This document shows, piece by piece, positions 63,653 to 64,000 of a stretch of DNA of 64,000 nt (position 1 is its first letter; every line of letters begins with the position of its first letter). Position numbers and translations under genes: made by a program. Below the pieces are notes generated by a model. It was not told where the DNA came from. It searched no databases and worked only from the letters and a program-made list of their open reading frames with translations. Source of the DNA: Octopus sinensis. Its lineage: Eukaryota. The stretch covers positions 53,072,001 to 53,136,000 of the forward strand of contig NC_043008.1 in assembly GCF_006345805.1 (NCBI RefSeq), in the 5' to 3' direction.

Positions 63653-63897
63653 CATATATATAAGTATGTATATATGTATGTATCTACACACATATATATA
63701 TGCATATATATATATATATGTGTGTGTGTATAAATGTAAGTATATATATATATATATATATTATATGTACACATACATACACCCATATATATATATATAT
63801 ATACATACATTTATACACACACACTCTCACACATATATATAGATGCATGAATGAATCTATATATATATTTATAATATTTATATTTATGATGGTGATG

Positions 63898-63932
<35 letters not shown>

Positions 63933-64000
63933 AACATGCACACATACACACACACGCAGACAGTCATGCACATATACACATTATAATGTTCTGGTTGCTC

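Noticed and set aside
10-63971. Numerous long ORFs rich in YI, CV, HT, poly-I/N/D/M
   Set aside because: Translations of di-, tri- and tetranucleotide microsatellites

Overview
AT-rich, microsatellite-saturated eukaryotic DNA. The SINE/LINE families and simple-repeat content point to a coleoid cephalopod, most likely Octopus (inference). Only one host coding exon is supported: the pore/P-loop exon of a small-conductance Ca2+-activated K+ channel (SK/KCNN) at 60987-61122 (+), with good splice sites and the family's intron phases. I found no other SK exon, so most of the window is probably one very large intron, although a 100-N gap lies at 13483-13582 and short exons could have been missed by eye. 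The rest is transposon debris: several tRNA-derived SINE families; R4/Dong, HERO, RTE and Penelope-like retroelement fragments; mariner, Tigger and Tc1 pieces; piggyBac/hAT/foldback MITEs; and non-autonomous Helitrons/Helentrons. The main unannotated signal is a cluster of type I hammerhead-ribozyme (HHR) motifs from at least four repeat families. (1) A ~341-bp tandem repeat carries one HHR per monomer (retrozyme architecture, 16095-16745). (2) A perfect 154-bp inverted repeat carries an intact HHR core in each arm (26012-26399). (3) Six copies of a (TA)n-flanked element contain a 38-nt minimal HHR. (4) A decayed Penelope-like element has inverted HHR-bearing termini ~560 bp downstream of the pore exon. 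Other observations: SINE multimers with an identical palindromic junction and 184-bp period at two loci, several long foldback hairpins (possible ADAR substrates), and a sharp CpG-depletion boundary near 15.85 kb. All folds and alignments were done by eye; no searches or folding programs were run, and repeat boundaries are approximate unless TSD/TIR coordinates are given.
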